NCBI RefSeq assembly: GCF_001194135.2
Contig: NC_068982.1
Span: 89,356,997 to 89,420,996 of the forward strand
Source: Octopus bimaculoides
Taxonomy: Eukaryota
Length of the DNA: 64,000 bases
Direction: 5' to 3'
This document shows positions 63,151 to 64,000 of this stretch, piece after piece; within the stretch, counting starts at the first letter, position 1; the number at the start of each line of letters is the position of its first letter. The position numbers and the translations under genes are program-made. The notes beneath the pieces are model-generated. The model saw only the letters and a list, made by a program, of their open reading frames with translations. It had not been told where the DNA came from and searched no databases.

Positions 63151-64000
63151 CATCATCATCATTTAACGTCCGCTTTCCATGCTAACATGGGTTGGACGAT
63201 TTGACTGAGGACTGGTGAACCAGATGGCTACACCAGGCTCCAATCTGATTTGGCAGAGTTTCTACAGCTGGATGCCCTTCCTAACGCCAACCACTCAGAG
63301 AGTGTAGTGGGTGCTTTTACTTGCCACCGGCACGAAGGCCAGTCAGGCGGTACTGGCAACGGCCACACTCAAAATGGTGTATTTTACGTGCCATCTGCAC
63401 AAGAGCCAGTCCAGTGGCACTGGTAACGATCTCGCTCAAATGTCTTTACACGTGCCACCGGTACAAGTGCCAGGAAGGCGACGCTGGGCACAGGTGCCAT
63501 CATGATTTCGCTTTTGCTTGCCCCAACAGGTCTTCGCAAGCCGAGTTTCATGTCCAATGAAGGAGATGACGTTGGCATGGGTGCCAGTCATTGAATTTAG
63601 TTATATTTCGATTTCACGTGCCTCAACAGGTCTTTGCAAGCAGAGTTTAGTGTCCAATGAAGGAAGGTACGCATAAGTGGGCTGGTTACACCCCTGGCTT
63701 GCCGGGTCTTCTCACGCACAGCATATTTCCAAAGGTCTCTCAAGGTACTTACACTCTGTCTAGTATGCACATTGACATTACACATCCATTGGAGCATACT
63801 GGCTTCGTTCCTTGCGAGCCTACGCATGTCCTCAGCAATCACGGCCCATGTTTCACTGCCATGAAGCATGGCTGTTCGTACACATGTGTCATACAGTCTG
63901 CCTTTTACTCTGAGAGAGAGACCCTTTGTCACCAGCAGAGGTAAGAGGTCTCTGAACTTTGCCCAGGCTATTCTTATTCTAGCAGCTACACTTTCAGCGC
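63150..64000 (-). mobile_element. RTE LINE 3' fragment with internal deletion, running off the window; approximate
   Basis: MTKGLSLRVKGRLYDTCVRTAMLHGSETWAV...; (GAT)n tail. Confidence 0.88.

Overview
Eukaryotic, AT-rich, repeat-dense genomic window with several assembly gaps. The SINE, RTE and microsatellite landscape suggests a coleoid cephalopod, probably Octopus (inference). One protein-coding gene was reconstructed by hand on the minus strand: a 16-exon M17 leucyl aminopeptidase (C. elegans W07G4.4-like) at 13776-61185. It has GT-AG junctions, consistent exon phases and intact metal-binding motifs, and the 5' part of exon 15 is lost in a gap. The rest is transposon-derived: Tc1/mariner elements (Tc1, a maT-like remnant, mariner, a DD41D foldback), a Chapaev3-type CMC transposon, a Helitron helicase fragment, RTE LINE fragments, at least four SINE families, MITEs and Penelope-like element (PLE) fragments. 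The most interesting signal is three unrelated families of minimal type I hammerhead ribozyme motifs: (i) at the 3' end of a PLE (~21365-21442); (ii) a covarying tandem pair at 3563-3602 and 4064-4105; (iii) in both arms of a non-coding, tRNA-headed, head-to-head inverted retroelement present three times (10464-10918, 33626-34121, 49610-50136). Repeat boundaries marked approximate were judged by eye.
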